From the NCBI RefSeq assembly GCF_009914755.1, contig NC_060926.1: a stretch of DNA of 64,000 bases, one strand, 5' to 3'. This document shows positions 43,134 through 56,650 of the stretch, in pieces. The position numbers were made by a program, and so were the translations under genes. The DNA comes from the human T2T-CHM13v2.0 reference genome, Homo sapiens. Positions within the stretch are counted from its first letter, which is position 1, and each line of letters opens with the position of its first letter. A model generated the notes under the pieces. The model ran no database searches and was not told the DNA's origin. It saw nothing but the letters and a program-made list of their open reading frames with translations.

Positions 43134-43913
43134 TACACAAAGTTTTGGCAAAGTTAAAACCATAGAGACACTAAAAAGATCAGTGATTTCCAATGGTTCA
43201 GAGCTAGGGGTCATGGATGAATAGATGGCATGTGAAATATTTTTAGGGCAGAAACTATTCTGTATGCTACTATAATGCTGTATATATGACATTTTTATAC
43301 ATTTGTCAAAACCCAGAGAACTATATAACACCAAGAGGGACCCTAATATAAATGATAGAGTTTAGTCAATAATAGTGTAGCAATATTGCTTCATCCATTG
43401 TAACAAATGTACCATATTAATGCAAGATGTTAATCATGGTCATGGGAAACTGTGTTGGGGGTGAGAGTGGAGCAGGTAATATAATATGAGAACTCCCTAT
43501 ACTTTCTGCTTAATTTTTCTGTAAACTTAAAACTTCTCTAAAAAATAAAGACTACTGATTTTTTTTAAAAAATAAACTCATTTAATAGTTACAAAATACC
43601 AAACTTGATTCACTCAAATCTATTCAGGTTAATCCAGGGATCACAAAGCCCTTAATTTTCCCCTTCTACCTTCAGAATAAAGTTCCCAAACCCCCAGGCA
43701 TACAACATAAAGCCCTCACCCATCAATCCAGCCCCATCTTTAAACACTCTCTCCTGTGTCCACTGTGCTTCTGGCATATCTCCATGCTTTCCTACTGTTC
43801 TTTTCCTTGGTCCTAGAATGCCTTCCCCTCCCAACACACCCCTAATCGCCTTAGTTTAGCTGGTGAGTTCCTATGCATCTTCCGAGGCCCACTTCAAATA
43901 GTTCCTCCTTCTT

Positions 43914-44222
43914 TTTTTTTTTTTTTTTTTTTTTGAGATGGAGTTTTGCTCTTTGGTCCAGGCTGGAGCGTAACGGCGCAATCTCAGCTCACTGCAACCT
44001 CCTCCCCCCAAGAAGGGTTCAAGTGATTCTCCTGCCTCAGCCTCCTGAGTAGCTGGGATTATAGGCGCCCGACCACCACACCTGGCTAACTTTTGTATTT
44101 TTAGTAGAGACGGGGTTTTGCCATTTTGGCCAAGCTGGTCTCGAACTCCTGGCCTCAGGTTATCCACCCTCCCCGGCCTCCCAAAGTGCTAGGATTACAG
44201 GCGTGAGCCACCACTCCCGGCC
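43914..44222 (-). mobile_element. AluS (Sq/Sp-like) inserted in an L2
   Basis: Full reverse Alu; TSD agttcctccttctt (43900-43913 / 44223-44236). Confidence 0.93.
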
Positions 44223-44251
44223 AGTTCCTCCTTCTTGAAACTCTTTACTGT

Positions 44252-44377
44252 TCTTGATTAAATGAGCATCTCTTTCTTCTGTTTCCTAATCACATGCTGT
44301 GATTATGCAACTGGCTCTTGATGAAATGGGCATCGCTTTCTTCTGTTTTCTAATCACATGCTGTGATTATGTAACTG
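44252..44377. repeat. Two-copy tandem duplication, 64-bp period
   Basis: tcttgat.aaatg.gcatc.ctttcttctgttt.ctaatcacatgctgtgattatg.aactg occurs twice. Confidence 0.92.
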
Positions 44378-45350
44378 TTTGTGTTTCTGCCTCATTTGTG
44401 AGAATGTGAACAACTCTCACAAATGAGGGACCATGTCTTAAAGCCACCTCTGGTGAACACTGGTGCCGAGTGCATAATCAACAAGACTTTATTAATCAAT
44501 AAATGACATAGTTATTATTCAAGTTGTTATTAGCACTGGTACAGCAACCCATGTGAGCTGAAGGTATAACATAAATGTTAACTCAGTAAAGTCACTTCTG
44601 AAAGGGGCTGAGATAATATGGCTTAGGTATTTGACATGCTGCTTCTATAACTTACCATGGCAATAACACTTAAAGTCACAGAGGAATCACTTGCTCATTA
44701 GACACACTCTCTGGAAGACCAGATGTCTCAAGGAAGACTTTGATAAGTGCTGGACTGCAATTGATTCATGGCTGAATTCTCTGAGGAGCGTCACAATGGT
44801 AGATAAGCTATATGTTGGGGATGAAATAGGGATGCATATGCTTTATATGCCAGACATGCATACATCAGAGGGAGTGGTCTATTTGAGAAATTAAGGACTC
44901 TAACTTACAGTTTTTATCTGGCAAAAAGCCAGTTCAGTTCAGCAGTGAGAGTTCAAAATATAATGCGATCTTAGAAGAAAAATCACAGATGCAACCCACC
45001 ACTTAAACCTGTAATATTACACACTTAGGCTCTATACCTGGGCCACTTTTCTTTCCTCTTAAATTCTGCTTTGGCAATTTCATCTACTCTAAGGTTTGAA
45101 CCATTATGCCTATGTGAGGTACCTCCTGGTATATATCTCCCCTAATGCAGGAGCAGAACACCTTCCACTTGCTTTTCCTGACCCTTCTCTACTCTCTCCC
45201 ACTCTGATTCCTGCCCTGGGAGGCTAATGTTTGTGCCCTCATCAATAATCTGTTTTCTGCCTCTGGCTTCCTGTGAAGTCCAACCTTGGAGGAGCTCAAA
45301 CAGGAGATCAGAGGAAGGACCAGGGAGGGAGGAGTTTTATTCACCTGACT

Positions 45351-45537
45351 CAATGATTCCTAAACTTTAGAGTACATCAAAATCACACAGATGAAGGCCT
45401 GTTAACAGAGATTGCTGGGCCCCACTCCTGGCATTTCTGATTCAGTACTGCTGGGATGGGGCTGAGAATCTGCACCTCTAACTAGTTCCTGGGTGATGCG
45501 GATGCTGGTGGCCAGGACTCCACTTTGAGAACCCCTG
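45351..45537 (-). mobile_element. MER5A (hAT-Charlie)
   Basis: cagagattgctgggccccac...tttctgattcagta...cactttgagaacccctg. Confidence 0.88.
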
Positions 45538-45619
45538 CCACAGCTCTTTCCCTGGAAGGTTACTGAGCTACTTCTACCAAAAGTCTGTGCTCTTCTCAAG
45601 GTGACCCACTCTACAAGAC

Positions 45620-46041
45620 TGTGGTGATTAATGTTATGTGTCAAATTGGCTAGGCCACCAGTACCCAGATATTTGGCCAAACATTATTCTAGATGTTTCT
45701 ATGCAGGTATTTTTTAGACGACATTAACATTTAAACCAGTAGACTTGTAGACTTTGAGTAAAGCAGATCACCCTCTGTTATGTGGGTGGGCCTCAACCAA
45801 TCAACTGAATGTCTTCATAGAAAAAGACTGACCTTCTAGGAAGAGGGAATTCTGCCACAGACTATCTTTAAAATCAAACTGAAACTCTTCCCTGGTTCTC
45901 TGGCCTACAGAACTACCCTGCAGATTTTGGACTTACCAAGCCTCTGCAATCATGTGAGCCAAAATAAGTCTTTCTCTTTTTCTACGTGTGTGCACACACA
46001 TCCAGTTGTCTCTGTTTCTGTGGTGAACTCTGACTAATATA
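45620..46041 (+). mobile_element. MLT2 solo LTR
   Basis: tgtggtgattaatgttatgtgtcaa...ctgactaata; TSD aagac/aagaa. Confidence 0.85.
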
Positions 46042-49016
46042 AAGAATTCATCCCTCCAGGTTCAAGTAACTGCTCCCTACTCCCTATACAGCTCTTAAGA
46101 CAGGGCAATGACAGTTTGACTGCTACAAAGTCCCCAGTTTCTGTACTGTCTCTCACCTGTTTCTACACCTTTGCAAACAGTCCTTGTAGAGTAAACCCTT
46201 GTTGAATTATCCTATTTCAGATGTGCCATCTATTTCCCATTGGACTACTCTTTGGTACAATGCACCTTAAATTAGAGGGAAAACTCACCTTCTCTGCTTT
46301 CTTTCTAAGCCTACTGCACCTGCTGTGTTCCCTCTTGTGATTAATAGCATCACTTCCTCCCAGGAACCCAGACGCATAAGCTCAGCGTCAGTTTTTCACC
46401 TCTTGTAATTGCTGGTCCAGCTTTCCGGGTTTTCTATGATTCTGGAAGCTCTTTAGCAGAAAGTTTATCTACTTCATTTCTGTATCTCCAGACCCTAACA
46501 CAGCATGTTCCAGGCATCTCCAGGTAGCCCAAAAATATGTGCTGAGAAAACAAATAAATTAAAATGTGTATGAAATCTTAAAAATTGTATATGCCTTTCA
46601 TATACAATGTTTCCAGACTCCAAATTCCAGTTTCTTTCCCTAACGCTTTGCTCCACACAAGCAAAGATTCACTGCTAACATACTGAGTATTGGTTCATCT
46701 TCCACGACAATGCTTGTATCTATTCCTTCCCGTTTCCACAACTCTGCTTCCTGTTTCTATTATTTGTGACCGGGATAATTGGGTATTAGCATTCTAACCT
46801 GCTTCCTTGCCTCCTAACCTGCTTCCTTGCCTCCAATCTCCCTGTTCTCTAATCCATCTTATATCTTAAATCTCTGATCATGACTTTGTCTCTATTTAAC
46901 AGCTTCTTATTACCCAATGAACATGAGCCAGATTTTTTAGGGTTTGCATGCAAGATCCTTCATAAGCTGGTCCCAAGCTAGCACGCCAACCTAATCTTAC
47001 CATTCCCTCATATGAACTCTCCACTCCAGGTGCTGTTCACCTGTACCTTGCAATCTGAATATTTCCAACTCTGTATCATACTGTGTATGTCCCTTGCTTA
47101 AAACAGCATGCTACTCATTTTTGTTCACATCTCTCAGAACCTAGCTCCTGCCCTGTTCCCAACACAATGCCAACCCACAATAATTCCATTTTGCCTCAAA
47201 TACTGTCAATAGCTATTTTCTATATCTCACATCTGGAATCTACCAATTTTATTGCTTTTGAATGTAAGTATATCTTATCTTTCAAATCAGGCTGTAGGTA
47301 ACAAGCGGGCCCATCAAATGGTGGTCTACTTTCTTCTATCCTCCAAACCTCAAGCACAGTCATTGGAACAGTGCAATAATAAGCATTTGCTACATTCTTC
47401 TTCAGTGAGTATCTCCACCACCTATGAAAAGGCATGTCTGTGAAGAACTAGTACTTACTGTGTTCCTACCAGAGGGCATTAATACGTAGAGGAAAGGTTT
47501 CCCATCTGCCTGGGGTTGACAGATTTCAAAGGGGCAGGAGGCTCTATATTTAGCTAATCTTATTGAGTGTTTGTTAGGAAAAGAGCAATGCATTCTGTGT
47601 TTTGATTAATGGTTTTCACGCTTTTGTTTGTGGAGATTTTCTTTGTTTCTAAGGAGTATTTTTTCTTTCACAATAAACTCCCGAGAATAAAACTCAGAAG
47701 ATTTAGACATGCCCAGGAATTTCTCTATTTAATCAGCACTTTAGGTGCCTCAAATGTTAGTGGCTTTGCATTTGGCACTCACTTTGAGAAACGCTGGGAT
47801 AGTGTATAAAAAGAAACTGCATAGAAGAGAAAGACTTCATGTTAATTATGGAGTGGTGGTAAACAACATTATTAAATGTGATCTACTAATGGGAATGCTT
47901 GCTCAAATTAATGTTTTCATTAAAAAATCCATGTAATCTAATAAATTAAGGTATTTTTCCAACTGAGAAAGTGATTCTCCACTTGCCTTACAATCACCCC
48001 ATATAACTGGCAGGTCCACTAGTTAATTCTCTACCTCATGAAACACTGAGAGTAGTAGTAATATGGTTGCCACATGATACAATGCATGTTGTATCATAAA
48101 AATATATTTCAACTAAAGGGTAGATGTGCTTCTAAATGAAAGAGGATATGGGTAGCCAGAGAGAGCAGTATTGCTCCAAACAAAAATCGGACACTTGTCC
48201 TTTAGGAAATTTAAAATATGCTGTCCTTCCTTTCTGTTTGCTCTTGGTTAGGGAGGTTTTCACTGGAATCTATTTGAGGCAAGTGCTGAGTATATTTGCT
48301 GTCATTGTGTTCTTTGATCTCAGTATATTGATTGGATGCAGCTGCAGAAACAGGTAATGTGGGCAAATATGAAGAAAACAAACTGCTGCCTGCAGATAAT
48401 TTTTTCTGGAGTGTTAGGGGAAATCCAAGATAATTACACATTTTCTTCCATTTATTTTTAAGAATATGAATAGCAATACACACTTCAGTCTTCAGAATGG
48501 AGGCTGCACCTTTTAAACTCACTTTGAATTATGATTTAAAATCCATTGTGCTGCATTCATTCACTTGCTTGTTCAAAAATATCACTGAGATTTTGTGTTA
48601 GACACATAAATAAGGGGCTACCTACTCTAAGACTAGCATCCAGGTGTCCTATTCACACCTCAGAATGATGCTTCTCTATTCTCTATTTCCACAACAATCC
48701 CAGAGTTACATAACCCATTACCTCATTTATATGTTATCTCCACTACTTGCCAGTCTAGACACCTCTAGTATTTTGTGGTTTCAATCTATCTTATATTCAA
48801 TTAACAAAACAATCTTTCCAAATATAATTTAGATTAGCCACTGGTTCAATAACACAATATCATGCCTCATTGATTACCCATCATTCAATTAATCACTCAA
48901 CAACTAAAGTTACAGAGAACCTACTGCTCTTCTGGGCACTGGTGCTAGGGTCAAAAGGGAGAGGGAATAAAGAAGAAATACAATGCATGGCTTGTGCTCT
49001 TAAGAACTACAGTAGA

Positions 49017-49946
<930 letters not shown>

Positions 49947-50491
49947 AAGACCCTATGAACGATCTATAGGGAGGGCAGTCCCACTCCATAAAGCAACACA
50001 TTCCATCATTAAGTACAATATGCAGGGTTGGTGAGAACCACTGGCATATTCCTGTAAGTTTTGAAAGGATTCAGAGGAGAGAAAAGTCAATGAGGCTCAT
50101 GGTAGTTAGAGAAGGCTTTATACAGTAAATAGTATTTAAATTGATTGAATAAAGATGTTAGATTTTTTTAAGCAAGCATTTCAAAAAAGTAGAACATGAC
50201 AGTGACAGGCACAAGCAAGTTGGAATGACTGTGAAAGAAAAGCTTGACTGGAATGGCAAATATAGTCCAATAGTACACATAATGAGCCTCCTAAATTAAA
50301 CAGTGGCTTGAAAAATGTTCTCAGGGGTCACTCTAGGCAAAAGTATGATGGGGAGCAAAAGGAAGGGAACTGTTTGTACACATGATGGGGATATGTAGTC
50401 CCTCTCTCCATCTTCTCCCCATCTGGTCTTCAATCAGAGTACCTCCACTCTGATAGCTTTTACATAGCAATTTGAACAAAGATTCAGCAGC

Positions 50492-51011
50492 TGTATTAGT
50501 TTTCTAAGGCTGCTGTAACAAAGTAACACAAACTGGGTGACATAGAACAATAGAAATGTATTATCTCACAGTCCTGGAGGCCAGAAGTCTGAGTCTGAAA
50601 CTAAGGTATCAGCAGACCACCTTCAGGGCTCCCTGAAGGCAGTAGGGAAGGATCTGCTCCAGGCCTCCCTCCTAGCTTCCAGTGGGTTCCTGAGCTTAGC
50701 AGCATGACTCCAATCTTCACAGGACATTCTCCTTGTACATTTATAGGGTTCACTCTATTCCAGTCTCCAAGATGACTTCATCTTAATAAATTACATCTCC
50801 AAAGACTCTATTTCCCAATAAGGTCACATTCTTTTTTTTTTTTTTTTCTTTTTCTTTCTTTTTTTTTTTTTTAGCAGCGTTTATTTGATCAAAGAACAAT
50901 TCATGAATCAGGCAGCCCTTAGGATCAGAAAAGATTCAGAGAACTCCCAGGTCATATTCTGAGGTACTGGGGACCAAATAAATTTTGGGATTTACAATCC
51001 AACCCATAACA
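50492..51011 (-). mobile_element. MaLR solo LTR (MLT1C-like) containing a retroposed insert
   Basis: tgtattagttttctaaggctgctgtaacaaag...aacccataaca. Confidence 0.85.
50833..50948 (-). mobile_element. Polyadenylated retroposed fragment resembling a MER57-type LTR 3' end
   Basis: Poly-T 50832-50872, AATAAA on minus strand (50880-50885), TSD aggtca(c/t)attct. Confidence 0.7.
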
Positions 51012-51346
51012 ATGGCTGAAATAAGGTTTGAAAGCTAAATATATAAAATAGCAACTCTGACCAGCATCGAAAGCTCTTCAGCCAGTAATTTACCCTCCAA
51101 TGTGGACAGACTGGCCCTTTTAGGTGCACAATTTACTCACCCTTCCTGCTACTTACTACCCTTTTCTTCTCCTAGAACTTTCCATACCCATTTCTGAGGA
51201 TTAGTCCCAGAGTTTTCTCCTTTAGAAGAAATCTAGATGATAATCTATTTCTAGGGAGAGTCTTCTACTTTACAGGTTATATTAGTAGTAAACTGTCTTA
51301 TGCTTACTAAACTACTTAGTAATCACTGAACTGATATCCTCTGTGA

Positions 51347-51694
51347 CAGGTGTCCCCAGCCCCCAAGCTGTGGACCGGTAGCAGTCTGTGGCCTGTTAGG
51401 AATGGGGCCACACAGCAGGAGATGTGCAGCCAGCCAAGAGCAAGCATTGCCACCTGAGCTCTGCCTCCTGTCAGGTCAGCGGCCGCATTAGATTATCATA
51501 GGAGTGCAAATCCTATTGTGAACTGCACATCTGAGAAATCTAGGTTGCACCCTCCTTATGAGAATCTAATTCCTGATGATCTGAGGTGAAACAGTTTCAT
51601 CCTGAAACCATCTCTCCAACTTCCACCCCCAGCCCATGGAAAAATTGTCTTCCACGAAACTGGTCCCCGGTGCCAAAAAGATTGGAGACCGTTC
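51347..51694. mobile_element. MER1B (hAT-Charlie)
   Basis: caggtgtcccc...ccttatgagaatctaat...ggtgccaaaaag; 8-bp TSD ctctgtga/ctctatga. Confidence 0.9.
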
Positions 51695-54600
51695 CTCTAT
51701 GAGACTGGAGCCAAGATGTATGACTCATCTTAATCATGCTGCACCCAAAATCAGTGTTCTACAGCCAGCACAAACCCTATATATGTTTATTGAAAATTAG
51801 TCCATCTAAAAATATATTCAGATGTTACACACCTAAAAACAACGCATTCAAGGCTAAATTTAGACTTTGTCCCATAGAAATACACCTCTAGCCCAGATTT
51901 TAATTTAAGCACTTCAGTGTGTCAATCACTTTGGCAAATACAGCCGGGTACCCACATAGCTCTGTACTGTTGATGCTAAGTCAGCCTTCCAGCCAAAACC
52001 AGAGAGGCACCACCTAGCATTGTGATGTCAGTATTATGTGTCAGCAAGATACTTAGCCCTGCAACCCTTAGGTGGTCATGCTTTCTCCCAGCCCATGAAT
52101 TTCTCATGTGAAATTTTCAAGATGTAACAATTTTTAAAATTAAGCTTTAGAAACTCTCAACTGAGATTCACGTTTCAAAGTAATGGCATCCTGAAAGCTC
52201 AGGCCTGTCCAAGGAAGGTTTATTTTATTCTTTTATGCCAGAAAGACATGAGGTATATAGGGCCCAGAACTGTACACAAAGACATCTTCTCCTATATAGG
52301 ATCTTCTTCCATATAGGATCTCCTGTATCAGGGATCTACAACCAGGGAGAAAAGTACAGAGTTTTTAAACTTTTTCTAGAAATCCCTTGAAACCTTAAGT
52401 TTAGAGTCAAGGGGCTTCACCTAATTCTTCCTATCTCCAAGGAACTATTTAAAGCAGATTTGCACTTACTCATTCTTAGCCTTTTCTGTGCCCTCTTGTA
52501 TAGTTCATATATAGAACCTATAATTAGGCACTCACTACTTTCAAAAGCATGTGTTTTTCACACCATACCACCAGCCTTTGGAAAAAGGATGTTCTACATA
52601 AATAGGCAAAAGGCCAAGAACAAATATTTTTTAAGTTTTAGATAATTTTTTATCACATCCAAGGGTGGCATTTGCAAAGACTTTTTTTAAAAGAAGTCAT
52701 TTAATTACTGCATTTAAAATTCACATAAAGCACTGTGCTAGAGATTAACGATCTATGTGGAAAAACATTTTGAATTTAAAAAGTACTGTACCAACATTTA
52801 CAAGAGTTATAGCATCTTAAGTTGAAAAGGGATTGATCTATGGAAAGTAGAAGTATAAATACATACTTAAAGCTGCAGAAACATATTTGTTTTTGAAAAA
52901 AGAAGTTGAACATTTATTCATCCCTGTAAATATAGAGTGTTACTATGAGAGAAAAAAAATCAGCATAATCTACAGAAGCCCTAAATTCTTTCATGAACAC
53001 CCTTGAGACCGTCACCTATTACTTGGATCAATCTTCACATTCTATAATCCATTTTTACTCTTAAGGAAAAATTTAATTGACTTCTTGATGCAACATTGTT
53101 TTTTTTTGTTTCTTTTTTTTTAATTTAGGAAATGTTCAAGTCTTTACATCTCCACAATACATAGTCTTATAAGAAGACAATTCAGGAAACTGAGAGCTTT
53201 CAAAGCCACTTGTGGCTACTCTTAAATTACTTTCTGCAGTTAAAATAACTGTGTGTTTGTAAACAAAGTGCTTTTCAAGAGTAAGATCCCCAAACAGTCA
53301 TACGTTATTTTTTTCCATGTGAGAAAATGCATTATTGTGAAGGTTCAGAGACATAAAGATGGCACTAGAGAACTAGGATGATGCTTTCACCTCCATAAAA
53401 GGAGAAGTATAAAAGAGAACTGCCCAAGGAAACTCCAATATTCAGTTGCATGTCAGCAAATGGGGGAAACGTTCTAAAATGCCCTACCTTTATACATTTA
53501 AAAAGATGAAAGATTAAGTTTCAAGGAACTCACAGCAAAAAAAAGAGAAAACACCCCAAACAGTACTTTGACTACCTCCAGAGGAATTAAAGGGCTATCA
53601 TTCCACATGAAAATATCCCAGCATTTCTGTTGTTGTGTCTCTGCCTATGTGATTGGTCCCGAAGGCCCCATACACACTGGTGTTCTCAGATCACAGCTGC
53701 TTCTTGTGCTTTAACTTGATTGCCTCTACACGTACAGACACAGGGCATGAAGCCCATTTATCGCAGGCTCAAATCTCTGTTGATGTCATTGGAATCTAAG
53801 CCTTCTTGCTCCTGAGCTGCAACAGGCAAGTATAGAGGCCCATAGAAGACGGGAGATGAATATTTAACTTGTCCAGAGTTCCCAGACACCTCAGAAAATA
53901 TTATTACATCTACTTAGTACTGACTGTTGTTATCAGCACCAAGTCAGGACAGCTTTATATTTTTGCTGGAGTAAAATTTCAGAATAAAAACCTTTTGGTA
54001 TTGGAACTCAAAAATGCGTAACTTCTGCCTGAGGAATTTCATAATTCAGAGATGCTGAGATGGTATCTACCTATGCGTTCTTGTAAAGGTGCAGTGAGGA
54101 ACAGAGCTTAGTTTTGTTGTTGTTTAAACTTTTTCCATGTTCCCGTTGACTTCTATTCTCATTTCAAAGGAATTTTTATTTTCACTTCTCAAATATCCTC
54201 ACACTTGAACTTCAACTTTTAGTTTCTAGGTCAAGTAGTAATTGTATGAGATGAATTCCAATTCAAAGATTCCTGTTATTTGGAGCCAGTCCCGTAACTA
54301 GGTGAGAACCTTTTCTTGTACATCTACACTAAATAATTTGTCTGTTTTGCAAATGTGGATTCTCAAAACATAGATATCTTAAATATGGGCATATCTCAAC
54401 TGAACAAAGCAAGCATCAATTGAACGCCTACTTTAAGCACAGCAAGGCCTCAGAAAACAGACAATATAAAGGAAGTGAGACGCAGCAAACAGTGAGAGAA
54501 TAATTCCAAGCCCACAGGCGAGAAGTCAATTTTCAAACAGTTCACTGTGTACAGGTCCATGCTATGCAAGTACAGGATATTTTTTCATAATATATAAATT

Positions 54601-55412
54601 GATGCCTTCAACAATCTGTGGTGGTCCATCCACACACACAAAAAGAAAAAAACCAACTATGGTGCCAAGTAGTATAAAAAGTTATTTATCCAAACTGCTG
54701 CTTTTGTTTTGATATTCAAATATAGACTGTAGTCACAGGAAGAGGAAAGATGATAGAAGGTAAAAACGAGCTCTGGAGTGAGAGCTGTGTTTGAATCCTG
54801 GTTTTGACTCTTTCTAGCTGTGGGTCTTGGCAACGTTGTTCACTCCTGGGTACCTCATTTGCTTCCCTTTGTTTTTGCTGAAGAGTCCATAAAATGAATT
54901 GCAGAGCACTAAACAAATCTTATTTATTATTATGTAGTCTTGTTGTTACACCTTATAACACAATTGTATAAACCATAGCTTTTTATGAGGTTTTAAAGAT
55001 TGTTTGATGAGAACCTGCTCTGCATCTTGTCTTTCACCATTTCTACTCCAAATCAAGTCCATGTTCTTGCCACTTTCCTTGTGGCTTTGGGATTCCAGTC
55101 TGTTTAAATGGCCACACACCAACCTGGCTATCCAGGTTCTTAAACCCCTATCCTTCAGTCTCTCGGGAATCTCTGCTTTCCATGGATCTTTCCAGATGAA
55201 AACTTAGGAGACCCCTGAAGATTGGAAATGAAATAATGTGTTTTAGAAGAGAATCTTGGGAAAATATTTAACATGAAGCAATAAGCTGTATTTGGATGCC
55301 TGAAGAGATCCCTCATCCAAGGCACAGGACGTCTGTATCAACATGCCTGGCTTTGTGCTGTTAACAGGTATGAAGACAGACTAGGTAACACAAAGTGTTG
55401 GCAAAGAAAGAG

Positions 55413-55641
55413 CAGTGGTTCTCAAATGAGGATGATTTTGCCTCCCCTCTTCTAGGTGACATTTGGCCATGTCTTGAAACTTTCGGGTGTCACAGCTGGG
55501 GATGGGGAGGAGGTTACTGCCATCTGCAAGGTGAAGGCCAGAGTGCCAATGAACATCCATCAATGCACAGACAGAGCCTACTACCCCAACACAGAATTAT
55601 CTGGCCCAAAATGTCAATAGTGTCAAGGGAGATAAACCCTG
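55413..55641. mobile_element. MER20 inside an old L1 fragment
   Basis: cagtggttctcaa...gacatttggc...gaattatctggcccaaaatgtcaatagtg...aaaccctg. Confidence 0.88.
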
Positions 55642-56329
55642 ACAAAAGCAAAAGTAACTCTCAAACACTGCTGGTGGGACTGCACACTGTACAATCCCTT
55701 TGGAAAGCAATTTGGCATTATGTGATACAGCTCAGGTTCAAGATGCTCACAGCCTGCAACCCAGCTTTTCTCCTCCTGGGTACCTTCAAGAAACTCCTAT
55801 GTAAGAGTTTTAAGAAAATCTTTTAAAAGTCATATTCAGTATTGTTTATAGAAGCAATCCAAATTTCTATTAGGGGAATGGCTAAATTGTGGTACATCCA
55901 TGCAATGTGAAACCATCTAGTAGTGAAAATGAATGAGCTACAGTTGCGTGTGTCAAGAGAGGAAAGCACAGAAGCAGACTGACTTTCTCAGATGAAAGGA
56001 ACTGCAGAAAATCAAAAGCTGGGGTGATAGAACAAGCAGGGTGTCCAGTGCTGACAACAGAGACAGTGATGGGTGTAAGCTTTGGGCTGTGACACACAGA
56101 TGCTTCTCCTGTGTTAAGAGCATGCAAGGGTCTTGCCTTTAAGATCACCTGCCATCTTTGGTATCAGATACCCAGGTCATTTGCTGGCTACTATTTGGCC
56201 CCTTAGATCCCCTGGTAGAAATCCTAAGCCTTTTGTTCTCATAAAAGGAAGATATTTCACTATAATCAACTAAGTTGATTTCATCATCAACTTCTCAGAT
56301 CAGTTTATACAAAGATTATATTATTTTTT

Positions 56330-56650
56330 GGTGAATTCCATTAGCATTCCACTAGTCAACCAATGTTTGAGTGCCTGCTCTACGCTGTGTTCCATGTTTG
56401 GTGCTTTACCAACAGTGGGGATGAAAAGTATGTGGTCTTTGTTTTCAGGGACCGCCAGAAAAACTAAAGAACATCCTCTGGCAGTATCAAATAGGGCCCT
56501 GCAGTGGAAGGAATGGGGTGAGGTCCATCAGAGAAAGTCTATCAGAATAGGAAACAGCTATAGAGAACAGAAGGATGAAAAGGAGTCACTCATGCAAAGA
56601 ACTGGGAGAGAAACATTCCACAGAGAAGGAACCCTGAAATTTGAGAAGAT
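56330..56650 (-). mobile_element. L2 fragment
   Basis: caaccaatgtttgagtgcctgctct...gaaacattccacagagaagga. Confidence 0.6.

Larger units (their letters stand above)
41281..43560 (+). mobile_element. L1MC-type 3' region interrupted by three younger insertions
   Basis: ttagatacaacaccaaaagcatga...ggagcaacaggaactctcattcactgc...gtaacaaatgtacc...ctaaaaaataaag. Confidence 0.85.
45146..46259 (+). mobile_element. LTR16-like ERVL LTR containing nested MER5A and MLT2
   Basis: cctgccctgggaggcta and tgtgccatctatttcc...ggtaca segments flank the inner elements. Confidence 0.55.

Noticed and set aside
46794-46833. 20-bp perfect tandem duplication ctaacctgcttccttgcctc
   Set aside because: Ordinary slippage duplication inside an L2 fragment.
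53578-53816. Minus-strand acceptor ttgcctgttgcag|CTCAGG
   Set aside because: Early stop in the relevant phase, weak donor and no other support.
55395-55826. 143-aa ORF
   Set aside because: Spans MER20 and old L1 sequence.
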